Source: Candidatus Calditenuis fumarioli (lineage in GTDB: Archaea; Thermoproteota; Nitrososphaeria_A; Caldarchaeales; Calditenuaceae). From it: a stretch of DNA of 64,000 nucleotides. The stretch is from NCBI GenBank assembly GCA_030059665.1, contig JANVYR010000003.1:1-64000 (forward strand), given 5' to 3'. The translations under genes were made by a program, and so were the position numbers. Position 1 is the first letter of the stretch. The number at the start of each line of letters is the position of its first letter. The notes beneath the pieces are model-generated. The model made no database searches, was not told the DNA's origin, and saw only the letters and a program-made list of their open reading frames with translations. Positions 9,982 to 19,499 of the stretch are shown in pieces.

Positions 9982-12900
9982 ATGCGGACGGTGTACAGGG
10001 GCCTCTGCCCGAACTGCGGAGGGGACATCAGCGACGAGGAGCTCCTCACGAACGGCGTCTGCGGCAACTGCGTGCCGTTCAGGGCCTCCAGCAGGACGGA
10101 GGTCCACACCTACCTGCTGAGGACCGGGAAGCTCAGGGAATACAGGGACGCGCTGGAGCTCTCGATCAGGGTGGAGGAGTTCAGGGACCTCTTCAGGCGG
10201 CTGGTCGGATCAGCTCCCTGGTCGCTCCAGGAGACTTGGGCGAGGAGGGTGTTCCTGGGGAGGAGCTTCTCGATCGTGGCGCCGACGGGGCTCGGGAAGA
10301 CGACGTTCGGCATCGTGACGGCTATCTACCTCCACCTCAACTCCGGCTCCAGGAGCTACCTGATACTTCCGAGCAGCCTCCTCGTCCAGCACGTCCACGA
10401 GAGGTTCGAGGACTACCTCCGCAAGCTCGGCAGGGAGCTGAGGGTCGTGTCGTACAGGTCCGGCCTCTCCGAGGCGAGGGCGGCGGACGTCCTCTCGGCG
10501 ATCAGCTCGGGCGACTTCGACGTCCTGATCACGACCGACCGTTTCCTCTACAACCGCTACGACCTGCTCAGGGGCAAGGAGTTCGACTACGTCTTCGTCG
10601 ACGACGTCGACTCCTTCCTTCGCAGCCCGAGGAACATCGACAAGGTCGTGGAGCTGATGGGGTACGACCCTGCGGTCGTGGAGACGGTGTTGAGGATGAT
10701 CCGGCTGACGAGGAAGCGGAAGCCGACGGAGGAGGACTTCAGGGAGTACGAGTCGCTCGACGAGGAGCTGGAGAGGTACCGGAGGAGCTCGACTCGGAAG
10801 GTCCTGATCGTCTCGGGCGCCACCGCGAGGGCCAGGAGGACCCTCCGCATCAGGGTCTTCAGGGAGCTCTTCGGCTTCGAGCCGGGCCACACCTTCGAGC
10901 TCGTGAGGAACATCGGTCTGTACTACCTGAGGCAGGTGGGCGATCTGCGGGAGCAGGTGGTGGAGCTGGTGAAAAGGCACGGAGGGGGTGCTCTGGTCTT
11001 CGTACCCCAGACGGCAGGCGTCCAGGGCGCCGAGGCCCTCGCGGAGGCGCTGAGGAGGGAGGGCGTGCCGTGCTACGCCTACAACAGGTTCAGCCCCAGG
11101 ATGCTCGACCGGTTCGTCAAGGGCGAGTACGAGGTGCTGCTGGGCGTTGCCAGCACCAGGAGCCCCCTCGCCAGGGGGATCGACCTGCCCGAGAGGATCC
11201 GGTACGTCGTCTTCGCGGGCGTTCCGAGGAGGGAGATAGCGATCGGCAGGGACGAGTACAGGCCCCAGATGCTCCTCTCGGTCTTCAAGCACGTGGCGCC
11301 GCTCCTAGACGGTCCTCTTGCGGAGGAGGCGGTCCGCGTGACCGGTGCGCTATCGAGGGTCGTCCCAACGGTCAGCGAGGTCGTGGAGCGGGTGAGGGCC
11401 GCGATCCAGTCGGGCGCGAAGCTGGAGGGCTTCGAGGGCCACGTTCAGGAGCTCGTGATGAGGGCCCGGGACCTGCTGGCCAGGATCATGACGCCGGAGA
11501 GGGTTGCGGTGCTCTCGGAGCGGGCCGACATACAGCTGAAGGTCACGCAGGAGGGCTACAGCCTGATCATCCCCGACGTAGACGGCTTCATCCAGGCCTC
11601 CGGGAGGTGCTCGAGGCTCTTCGCCGGCGGAATCACCAGGGGCGTCGCCATAGTGCTGGTCGACGACGAGAAGGCCTTCCACGGCTTCCGGAAGCGGCTC
11701 GAGTCCCTCTACGACGAGACCCTCGAACCGTACGAGCTGCAGAAGGTGGAGGAGGACTTCAGGAAGGTCGACGAGGACAGGAAGCGGGTGATGTTGGTCA
11801 GGTCCGGTCAGATAGAGCCGGAGAGGTTCGACGTGATGAGGAACGCCCTAGTCATCGTCGAATCGCCCACCAAGGCCAGGACCATCGCGTCCTTCTTCGG
11901 GAGGCCCGCGAGGAGGGAGATAGGGGACCTGACGGCGTACGAATCCGTCAGCGGCCAGGCGCTGCTGACCGTCGTGGCCTCCGGGGGCCACGTCTTCGAC
12001 CTCACGACGTCGGGCGGATTCCACGGAGTCCTCCAGCTCGACTCGAGGTACGTTCCGATCTACACGCCGATCGTCAGGTGCCTCGACTGCGGGAACCAGT
12101 TCGTCGACGCGGAGAGGTGCCCGCGCTGCGGCTCGGACAGGGTCAGGAGCAAGATGGAGGTTGTCAGGGCCCTCAGGTCGCTCGCGATGGAGGCGAACGA
12201 GGTACTGATAGCCACGGACCCCGACGCGGAGGGTGAGAAGATAGGCTACGACATCTACTGCGCCGTCAGGCCCTACAACGACAACGTCCGGAGGCTCGAG
12301 TTCCACGAGGTCACGCGGAGGGCCCTTGCGGCTGCGCTCGCATCGCCGAGGGGCATCAAGGAAGGCCTCGTGGAGGCCCAGCTGCTGAGGAGGATAGAGG
12401 ACAGGTGGGTAGGGTTCGAGCTGAGCAGGAGGCTCCAGCAGCACTTCGGCAGGAAGACCCTCTCGGCCGGCAGGGTCCAGACTCCAGTGCTCGGGTGGGT
12501 GGTGGAGAGGACCGTCGAGGCCTCGAGGAAGATACCGGCGCTGACGGTGGTGCTCGAGGACGGCATGCGCGTCGAGTTCCTCAACCCGGTCGACGCGGAG
12601 AGGGCGAGGGAGCTGTACGAGAAGGGAGAGCTGTACTGCGACGTCGTGGAGGTCGCATCCGAGGTCAGGGAGGTCCATCCGCTTCCTCCCTACACGACGG
12701 ACTCCATGCTGCGCGACGCCTGGCAGTTCTTCAGGATGGGAGCGACCGAGACGATGGAGGCCGCACAGACGCTCTTCGAGTCAGGCCTGATCACCTACCA
12801 CAGGACCGATTCGACCACGGTCTCGACGGCCGGTCTCAACGTCGCCAGGTCCTACATCGAGGAGAAGTTCCCTGGCTCCTTCAGGCCTAGGACCTATGCC

Positions 12901-13566
12901 AGGGAGGGAGCCCACGAGTGCATCAGGCCCACGAGGCCGCTCGACGAGAGGATGCTGAGCTACTACGTCCAGTCAGGAGCTCTCACCACGGCCGCCCGAA
13001 TCGGGAGGAGGGAGCTGGCACTGTACGGCATGATCTTCCGGCGCTTCATCGCGAGCCAGATGCCTGAGGCGAGGGTCAGGTACCAGACCGTCTCGTTCAG
13101 GCTCCTCGGCAACTCGGTCCAGCAGGAGAGGGCCGTGGAGGTCCTCGAGGAGGGCTTCCTGAGGGTTAACCCGGTCGTCAACGTCCAGCAACCCATCGTC
13201 CCGGGAAGGAGGAGGGTGCGGGAGATCGCCTTCAGGCGCGTTCCAGCTGCGAGGCTCCTGACCGAGGGCGAGGTGATCGCGCTGATGAAGAGCAGGGGCA
13301 TCGGCCGTCCGAGCACGTACGCCAAGATCGTCAGGACCCTGTACGACCGGAACTACGTCATCCAGCGTGCCGGAAGGATGATAGCGACCAAGCTGGGCAA
13401 GCAGGTCTACGGTTTCCTCCACTCGACGTTCGGCGACTTCGTCTCCGAGGAGCTGACCCGACAGCTCGAGGCCAAGATGGACGAGATAGAGGAGGGTAGG
13501 GCCAACTACCTCGAGGTCTTGAGGGAGCTGAGGGCCTCCCTCGCCGCGCTGATGTCGAAGGGCTGA
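9982..13566 (+). CDS. rgy: Reverse gyrase
   Basis: N-terminal CPNC..CGNC Zn finger, APTGLGKT, DDVD helicase domain, TOPRIM IVESPTKA/ATDPDAEGE, catalytic ITYHRTD. Confidence 0.97.
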   Translation: MRTVYRGLCPNCGGDISDEELLTNGVCGNCVPFRASSRTEVHTYLLRTGKLREYRDALELSIRVEEFRDLFRRLVGSAPWSLQETWARRVFLGRSFSIVAPTGLGKTTFGIVTAIYLHLNSGSRSYLILPSSLLVQHVHERFEDYLRKLGRELRVVSYRSGLSEARAADVLSAISSGDFDVLITTDRFLYNRYDLLRGKEFDYVFVDDVDSFLRSPRNIDKVVELMGYDPAVVETVLRMIRLTRKRKPTEEDFREYESLDEELERYRRSSTRKVLIVSGATARARRTLRIRVFRELFGFEPGHTFELVRNIGLYYLRQVGDLREQVVELVKRHGGGALVFVPQTAGVQGAEALAEALRREGVPCYAYNRFSPRMLDRFVKGEYEVLLGVASTRSPLARGIDLPERIRYVVFAGVPRREIAIGRDEYRPQMLLSVFKHVAPLLDGPLAEEAVRVTGALSRVVPTVSEVVERVRAAIQSGAKLEGFEGHVQELVMRARDLLARIMTPERVAVLSERADIQLKVTQEGYSLIIPDVDGFIQASGRCSRLFAGGITRGVAIVLVDDEKAFHGFRKRLESLYDETLEPYELQKVEEDFRKVDEDRKRVMLVRSGQIEPERFDVMRNALVIVESPTKARTIASFFGRPARREIGDLTAYESVSGQALLTVVASGGHVFDLTTSGGFHGVLQLDSRYVPIYTPIVRCLDCGNQFVDAERCPRCGSDRVRSKMEVVRALRSLAMEANEVLIATDPDAEGEKIGYDIYCAVRPYNDNVRRLEFHEVTRRALAAALASPRGIKEGLVEAQLLRRIEDRWVGFELSRRLQQHFGRKTLSAGRVQTPVLGWVVERTVEASRKIPALTVVLEDGMRVEFLNPVDAERARELYEKGELYCDVVEVASEVREVHPLPPYTTDSMLRDAWQFFRMGATETMEAAQTLFESGLITYHRTDSTTVSTAGLNVARSYIEEKFPGSFRPRTYAREGAHECIRPTRPLDERMLSYYVQSGALTTAARIGRRELALYGMIFRRFIASQMPEARVRYQTVSFRLLGNSVQQERAVEVLEEGFLRVNPVVNVQQPIVPGRRRVREIAFRRVPAARLLTEGEVIALMKSRGIGRPSTYAKIVRTLYDRNYVIQRAGRMIATKLGKQVYGFLHSTFGDFVSEELTRQLEAKMDEIEEGRANYLEVLRELRASLAALMSKG

Positions 13567-13586
13567 GGAGGGACCGGACTCTCCGG

Positions 13587-14969
13587 CTAACCCTCGGACG
13601 CCGGTCGGCCCCCTGAGCTCTGGGCGGTTCCTGACGGCTCCTGGACTCCCAGCACCGTGAGCTCTATCCTCTCCGGCTCCACCCCCAGCAGCTCCCTGAG
13701 CGACGGCCTGGTGCGGCCGTTATCTCCGTGGATCAGCTCCTTCACGTAGAGCCCTCCGTCGACGACCAGCGTGAGCTCGTAGGTCCTCTCGTCGATCTGG
13801 ACCGCAGTCACCTCGTGGACCGTCCTCTTCCTCAGCCTGTCCCCTCTCCTCCTCAGGACCCTCGTGGGAGTCCTCTGCTCGATCACCGAGCCCCTCAAAC
13901 GCCCGCAGGCCCTCAGGACCTCGTCGGCGGGCACCGGAGAAGAGAAGGCGACGCGCACCAGGTAGACCTTCCGCTTCCTCTCCGTCTCGGTCTTGAGGAA
14001 CCTCACGTCCGCCCTCGTCGCAGGCCCCAGACCGATCACCTCCACCTTCCCGTTGGAGAACTCCCTCACCCTCCTCGCGAACTCCTCCAGGTCCACCCTC
14101 CGCCGCCTGGGCTCGGAGAGCTCGAGCACGAAGGGCCTCCCGGTCCCCTCGACCGCAGCGTCCAGGTCCTCCCTCCCAGCCGCGTGGAAGGTGAACCCCA
14201 TGGCGCCCCAGAGCTCCAGCGCCGGAAGGCCGATGTACTCGGCGATCGAGAGGTCAGGACCCTCCCTCCTCCCCGTGTAGCCGCAGGCGTCGCAGCCCCT
14301 GCCCCAGCAGGAGTCGCAGAGCCAGGGCGTCTGAGGGGTCGACCTGGAGTGCTTCAGGTACCTTCCCCTGACCATCACCGGTGAGGGCCGAACCTCGTAC
14401 GTGGACGTGAACGGGTCGAGGAGGACCTCCAGCTCGGGGTTCGACTGGGCGAACTGCTTGCCCGTCAGCTCGGCGAAGAGCCTCCTAGCCTCACGGGTGA
14501 CGTCGCGCCTGATCGACTCGGCCGCCTCGAGGCCGTAGGCGCTGATCAGGTGGTCCTCGAGGCTCCTGACGTGCGGTGGGACGAACGTTCCCACGCTGAA
14601 GGTCGAGTACTCGTAGGCTGAGGCCTTCTCGGCCGCCCCCCTCACCAGGGCACCGATCGAATCGGATGAGACCTTGCCGCCGCAGAGTTCACACGGCTCA
14701 GCCCCCACCTCCTCTCCCTCACCCCACCCGCGGAGGAGCGAGGCGGAACCGGCGTGACCCGACCTCGCAAGACCTCTGATCAGATCTTTGTCGTTGCTGC
14801 GCATCGCCTCCTCGAACGCGGCCTCCATCAGCGACGAGCCGATCTCCGACCTGGGCCTGTCGGGCCACGTGAGCGCGAAGAGCCTCCCGAGGCAGCGGAC
14901 GCAGAGCGCGTGGTCTATCAGGAGCGCCCTGACCTTTCGCAGGACATCCTCCCCGATCCCCATCGACAC
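13587..14969 (-). CDS. pus10: tRNA pseudouridine(54/55) synthase Pus10
   Basis: LCVRCLGR, GRYLK, FHAAGREDLDA, GGLYVKELIHGDNGRTRPS. Confidence 0.93.
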   Translation of the reverse strand: MSMGIGEDVLRKVRALLIDHALCVRCLGRLFALTWPDRPRSEIGSSLMEAAFEEAMRSNDKDLIRGLARSGHAGSASLLRGWGEGEEVGAEPCELCGGKVSSDSIGALVRGAAEKASAYEYSTFSVGTFVPPHVRSLEDHLISAYGLEAAESIRRDVTREARRLFAELTGKQFAQSNPELEVLLDPFTSTYEVRPSPVMVRGRYLKHSRSTPQTPWLCDSCWGRGCDACGYTGRREGPDLSIAEYIGLPALELWGAMGFTFHAAGREDLDAAVEGTGRPFVLELSEPRRRRVDLEEFARRVREFSNGKVEVIGLGPATRADVRFLKTETERKRKVYLVRVAFSSPVPADEVLRACGRLRGSVIEQRTPTRVLRRRGDRLRKRTVHEVTAVQIDERTYELTLVVDGGLYVKELIHGDNGRTRPSLRELLGVEPERIELTVLGVQEPSGTAQSSGGRPASEG

Positions 14970-14976
14970 GCACCCT

Positions 14977-16545
14977 CTATCCGACCGAGGTCACCCGGCC
15001 TATTCCCTTGACCCTTCCCTCCCTCAGCACGAAGACGTCGCCCGCTCTGAGGAACTCGGGTCTGTACTTGAACGTGAACCTGGCCCTTCCCTGCTCTCCT
15101 GGCTTGAGGTACTCGCGGTCGAGGATCTCCATCCGCGCGGACTGGGCGATGGTGTGGCAGTGCACTATCGGCTCGTATCCGCTCGCGATCCGGGTCGGGT
15201 GGGAGAGGATCAGGACCTCCGCCTCGAAGTTCCAGATGGCCCGGGGCCTCACCTCCCTGTCGGCTATCACCATTCCCCTCCTGACCGAGTCGTGCGGAAC
15301 GCCCTTGATCGCGATCCCGACTATCTGCCCTGCCTCCGCCTCCTCGACCCGGGCGTTGTGGATCTCGATGCTCCTGGCCCTCACCTCAGCGAACTCGCCC
15401 TTCCTGTCGGGGCCGAGCAGCAGCGTGGCGCCGCTCCTCAGACGTCCCTGAAGGATCGTCCCAGAGACGACGGTTCCGGTTCCCTCGACGTCGTACACGC
15501 GGTCGATGTACATCAGGAAGGGCCTGTCGCTCGGCTTCGGCCGTGCGGGGAGCATCGAGAGGAGCTGGTAGAGGAGGTCGAACCCCTGCCTCGTCACCGA
15601 GGAGGTCTCGAGGATCGGCACGACCACGTTCAGCTTGTCGATCACCACATGAAGGTCCGAGGGCTCTCTCACGTGCATCGGCACCCTTCCCACCCGCTTC
15701 ACGAGCCTTGCGACCTCTTCCCTAACCTCCTCGAGCCTCCTCGATCCGACCTTGTCGGCCTTGGTCACGCAGAGGATGACCGGTATGCCGGCCGCGAAGA
15801 GGATTCCCAGGTGCTCACGGGTGATGTGGGTGGGCCCGTCGTCGGCCGCCACCACCACGAGCCCGTAGTCCACCTCCTGGCCCAGCAGCCCGCGGATTGT
15901 GGTCCTAAGCCAGGGCTCGTGTCCCACGGTGTCGACGATGCTCACCACCTTGTCCGCCTCGGAGACGACCCTCGCCCTCTCTTTCCTGTCGAGCGGGTTC
16001 TTCACCAGCATGGGTTTCCCGTCCTTGAAGCCGAGCACGGCGAAGTGCAGGTCGGCCGAGAGGTTCCTGGCTATCTCGTGGGGGAGAGTGTCCATGTAGA
16101 GCCACTTGGTGCCGTCGTCGCTCTCCCCGGTGAGGAGGCACGCGATCAGGGTGGACTTGCCGTGGTTGACGTGACCCGCAACGCCGAGCGTCACGTGGTT
16201 GCTCATGGGCCTCGTGAGGGCCTCGATCACGACCTTCGCGATCTCCCCACGCTCGGAGGAGAACCGCTCGACCCTCTTCACGCTGGCACCGCACTCGGCC
16301 GCGAGCGCCCTGATGACCGCGATGCTCTCCTCCAGCTCGACCTGGTTCAGACCCGCGACCTCGCCCTCATCGTCGACGCCGATCACGTAGACCGCAACGC
16401 CCTTCCCCTCCTCGAGCCTCGCCCTCATCTGCGCGACCAGGTGCTGCCTCCTCTCCGGTTTGAGGTGGTACGATTGGATGAGCCTCGACTTGAACTCGAT
16501 GTGGCCCCTCTCGGCGTCTGGAATTGTCACCCGCTCGGAGCCCAC
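14977..16545 (-). CDS. GTPBP1-like translational GTPase
   Basis: N-terminal GHIEFK domain, GHVNHGKST, DTVGHEPWLRTTIRG, TKAD, EF-Tu-like domains II/III. Confidence 0.88.
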   Translation of the reverse strand: MGSERVTIPDAERGHIEFKSRLIQSYHLKPERRQHLVAQMRARLEEGKGVAVYVIGVDDEGEVAGLNQVELEESIAVIRALAAECGASVKRVERFSSERGEIAKVVIEALTRPMSNHVTLGVAGHVNHGKSTLIACLLTGESDDGTKWLYMDTLPHEIARNLSADLHFAVLGFKDGKPMLVKNPLDRKERARVVSEADKVVSIVDTVGHEPWLRTTIRGLLGQEVDYGLVVVAADDGPTHITREHLGILFAAGIPVILCVTKADKVGSRRLEEVREEVARLVKRVGRVPMHVREPSDLHVVIDKLNVVVPILETSSVTRQGFDLLYQLLSMLPARPKPSDRPFLMYIDRVYDVEGTGTVVSGTILQGRLRSGATLLLGPDRKGEFAEVRARSIEIHNARVEEAEAGQIVGIAIKGVPHDSVRRGMVIADREVRPRAIWNFEAEVLILSHPTRIASGYEPIVHCHTIAQSARMEILDREYLKPGEQGRARFTFKYRPEFLRAGDVFVLREGRVKGIGRVTSVG

Positions 16546-16605
16546 CCTCTGCCCCCAGCGACGAGTCGTCCGCGTTTTATAGCGGTTTTCCGGTCGATCG
16601 CGGGC

Positions 16606-16968
16606 TCAGGCCTTCAGGACCCTCCTCGAGGCCCTTCCCACGAGGATCCCTCCGACGAGACCGATCAGGAAGGTGGCTGTGCCGTTGAAGCGGTGCGCGA
16701 CCTCGACCGGGCCCTCGGCGTTGAGCAGCAGCATCGACAGCCCCAGCGCCCCCTGGAGGCCCGTCAGCACGGAAAGCACCAGGCCGAGGACGAGGGCCGG
16801 CATGAAGCGACGGCCGATGACCGCGTAGGCCACCGATGCGGCGAAGGCGACGACCCCGAGTCCCAGGTGCAGGGGCAGGAGGGCCGACGCCATACGGGCC
16901 TCTCCGATCGCGACGTTGGCCAGCAGGACGACCGCCAGGACCGCACCCAGAACGGTCCTCGCGTTCAA
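16606..16968 (-). CDS. Small 4-TM membrane protein with two membrane His (possible heme binding)
   Basis: Four hydrophobic helices; LHLGLG, LQGALG, EVAHRF; TTG start overlaps the upstream stop. Confidence 0.65.
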   Translation of the reverse strand: MNARTVLGAVLAVVLLANVAIGEARMASALLPLHLGLGVVAFAASVAYAVIGRRFMPALVLGLVLSVLTGLQGALGLSMLLLNAEGPVEVAHRFNGTATFLIGLVGGILVGRASRRVLKA

Positions 16969-17246
16969 GAAAGACCACCCGAAACTGCAGGGAGTATCAG
17001 GACCTCGTCGCCGTCCCTGAGGGGCCTGTCCTCGTCCCAGCTCACGAGCGAGTCGTTGACGTAGAGGTTCACGAAGCGCCGGAGCCTCATCTCCTCGTCC
17101 AGCAGCCGGTTCCTGAGCTCAGCGCCGAAGCGGTCGGCCAGCTTCATCACCAAGTCCCTCACGCTCTCCGCCTCCAGCTCCACCTCCCGCTGGCCTCCCA
17201 TGTGGACCGCGAGCGGTGCGGTCACGACGACCCTGACCCTCGCCAT
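16965..17246 (-). CDS. MoaD/ThiS/SAMP ubiquitin-like protein
   Basis: Beta-grasp pattern, FVNLYVN, L.DGDEVLILPAVSGG followed by LS-stop. Confidence 0.88.
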   Translation of the reverse strand: MARVRVVVTAPLAVHMGGQREVELEAESVRDLVMKLADRFGAELRNRLLDEEMRLRRFVNLYVNDSLVSWDEDRPLRDGDEVLILPAVSGGLS

Positions 17247-17360
17247 TCTGCCCGCATCACCGAGCACCTCGACAAAAACCCTGCAGCCCACCCCACGCCT
17301 TCCCCAACCTGCCGGGCACAGATTTTAGAGCTCGTCGGGTCCGGATGGTTGGGATAGCGG

Positions 17361-18374
17361 ATGGGACACAGGAAGTGGTCGGCGCCGAGGAGGGGTTCGC
17401 TGGCGTTCGCTCCGAGGAGGAGGGCCAAGACGCTGCTGCCCTCGGTGAAGCACTGGCCGAGCTGGACGGAGGAGCCGAAGCTGCTGGGCTTCATCGGGTA
17501 CAAAGCCGGATCGGTCACTATCAGGTACATCGACGACTTCCCCGGTTCCCTCACCCACGGCACCGAGGTGGCTGCGCAGGGCACGGTCATCTCAACGCCT
17601 CCGAACTACCTGGTGGGGATAACGGTCCTGGTCCCCGACGTCTACGGCGAGCCTAAGGAGGTGGGGAGGGTCTTCGCGACCGAGCTACCTAAGCCTCTGG
17701 TGGAGCGGATCAGGGGGATCAAGCCCGGTGCTGGAGACATCGCGGAGCTCGAGCGTAACCTCAGCAGGGCCTCGGAGGTGAGGGCGATCGTGGCCTCTAT
17801 ACCCGCGGAGGCCGGGCTTTCCCAGAAGAAGCCCTTCCTGCTGGAGGTCGGCGTCTCTGGTACCCCCGAGTCGGCCTTCTCCTTCCTCAAGGAGCGCCTC
17901 GGCAGCCGCATTGGCGTGGATCAGGTCTTCACCCCCGGATCCTTCGTGGACGTGATAGGCGTGACGAAAGGTCACGGGTTCACGGGCGTCGTGGCCCGTC
18001 ACGGCGTCAAGGAATTGCCGAGGAAGCAGAGGAAGACGCGCAGGGCAGTCGGCGCGATCGGCGGCAGGAAGCCCCCTTACGTCACACGCTTCGTCCCGAG
18101 GGCAGGGCAATACGGGTTCCACAAGAGGACCGAGTTCAACAAGCGTATCATGCTGGTCCTGCAGGACGGGTCGCCCCTGACGCCGCCCGGTGGCTTCCCT
18201 CACTTCACCGTTCTCAGATCGCCGGCTGTGGTCCTCCTCGGATCGGTGATGGGGCCGCCCAAGAGGCCGGTCGTCCTCAGGGAGCCAGCCAAGCCTCCGT
18301 CTTACAAGCTCGGGGCGCCGAAGATCGAGTCAATCCTCTACTCCGACCACGTGCTGGAGGTGACCGTGCCGTGA
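17361..18374 (+). CDS. rpl3: 50S ribosomal protein L3
   Basis: APRRGSLAFAPRRR, GYKAG, VDVIGVTKGHGFTG, GQYGFHKRTE. Confidence 0.96.
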   Translation: MGHRKWSAPRRGSLAFAPRRRAKTLLPSVKHWPSWTEEPKLLGFIGYKAGSVTIRYIDDFPGSLTHGTEVAAQGTVISTPPNYLVGITVLVPDVYGEPKEVGRVFATELPKPLVERIRGIKPGAGDIAELERNLSRASEVRAIVASIPAEAGLSQKKPFLLEVGVSGTPESAFSFLKERLGSRIGVDQVFTPGSFVDVIGVTKGHGFTGVVARHGVKELPRKQRKTRRAVGAIGGRKPPYVTRFVPRAGQYGFHKRTEFNKRIMLVLQDGSPLTPPGGFPHFTVLRSPAVVLLGSVMGPPKRPVVLREPAKPPSYKLGAPKIESILYSDHVLEVTVP

Positions 18375-19198
18375 CGGTCGTCCACAGGGCCCTTCTCCGG
18401 AGCAGGGAGGGGGCTGTCAAGGTTCCGGTTTACTCGCTGACCGGCGAGCGAGCCGGCGAGGTCGAGCTACCCTGGCCCTTCTCGGCCGACCTTAGGGAGG
18501 ACTTGGTCAGGAGGGCGTTCGTCCACCTCTCGACCCACACGCTCCAGCCGAAGGGGGCCTGGAAGGGCTCTGCGGCGAAGTACTCCGTCAGGTCGCTCGG
18601 CGTCGGGCTGGGGATCGCCAGGATCGCCCGTATCATGGCCTCCGGAACGGGTAAGTCCAGGGCAGGGGGATGGGTGCCGTCAGCGGTTGGAGGCAGGCCC
18701 ACGCACCCGCCGGTGCCGGAGAAGGTGATCCACAAGGAGCTGAACGAGGAGGAGAGGAGGGCAGCGACCGTTGCGGCCCTCGCCTTCACCGCCTCACCCG
18801 AGCACGTCAGGAGGAGGGGCCACAGGGTGCCGGAGGGACTGAGCACGCCCATCGTGGTCGAGGACCGGTTCGAATCGGTCAAGAGGTCGAAGGACGTCGT
18901 GGCCTTCCTCAGGGCCCTCGGACTCGGCGAGGAGCTGGATCGTGTCTCCGAGCGAGGAATAAGGGCGGGGAAGGGCAAGAGGAGGGGAAGGAGGTACAAG
19001 CGTCGAGTGGGGCCGCTGCTGGTGGTCTCCCGCGACGACGGGATCTCCAAGGCCGCCTCGAACGTCCCGGGCGTCGACGTCGTCCTGGCGAAGGACCTCA
19101 GCGTCCTCCACCTCGCTCCCGGAGGTCATCCCGGGAGGCTGGCGGTCTTCACGGTCTCCGCCCTGAAGGAGATCGAGAGGAGGTTCGGGGAGGCATGA
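18371..19198 (+). CDS. rpl4: 50S ribosomal protein L4
   Basis: [41 protein letters not shown]. Confidence 0.95.
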   Translation: MTVVHRALLRSREGAVKVPVYSLTGERAGEVELPWPFSADLREDLVRRAFVHLSTHTLQPKGAWKGSAAKYSVRSLGVGLGIARIARIMASGTGKSRAGGWVPSAVGGRPTHPPVPEKVIHKELNEEERRAATVAALAFTASPEHVRRRGHRVPEGLSTPIVVEDRFESVKRSKDVVAFLRALGLGEELDRVSERGIRAGKGKRRGRRYKRRVGPLLVVSRDDGISKAASNVPGVDVVLAKDLSVLHLAPGGHPGRLAVFTVSALKEIERRFGEA

Positions 19199-19458
19199 AC
19201 CCCGAAGAGGTCATCGTCGCGATCGTCAGGACCCAGGACGCGATCTCCCTGATCGAGAGGGAGAACAAGCTGACCTTCATCGTGAGGCTCGAGGCCACCA
19301 AAGCTGACGTCAAGAGGGCAGTCGAGCAGCTCTACGGCGTCAAGGTCGAGAAGGTGAACACGCTGATCACGCCCCGCGGCGAGAAGAAGGCGTACGTCAA
19401 GCTGAGGCCCGAGTTCAGCGCCACGGACCTGGCCGTAAAGCTGGGCATCATCGTGTGA
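19195..19458 (+). CDS. rpl23: 50S ribosomal protein L23
   Basis: [28 protein letters not shown]; ATG 19195 after a GGAGG site. Confidence 0.95.
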   Translation: MNPEEVIVAIVRTQDAISLIERENKLTFIVRLEATKADVKRAVEQLYGVKVEKVNTLITPRGEKKAYVKLRPEFSATDLAVKLGIIV

Positions 19459-19499
19459 TCGGTTTTTAGGAGAGCGATGTGGGATCCGGGTGAAGGGAG

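Noticed and set aside
10236-12236. Long alternative-frame and antisense ORFs throughout the window (e.g. 666 aa here, 758 aa at 14788-17064, 611 aa at 27632-29467)
   Set aside because: Shadow ORFs expected from high GC and codon bias; low-complexity R/G/P-rich translations overlapping well-supported genes
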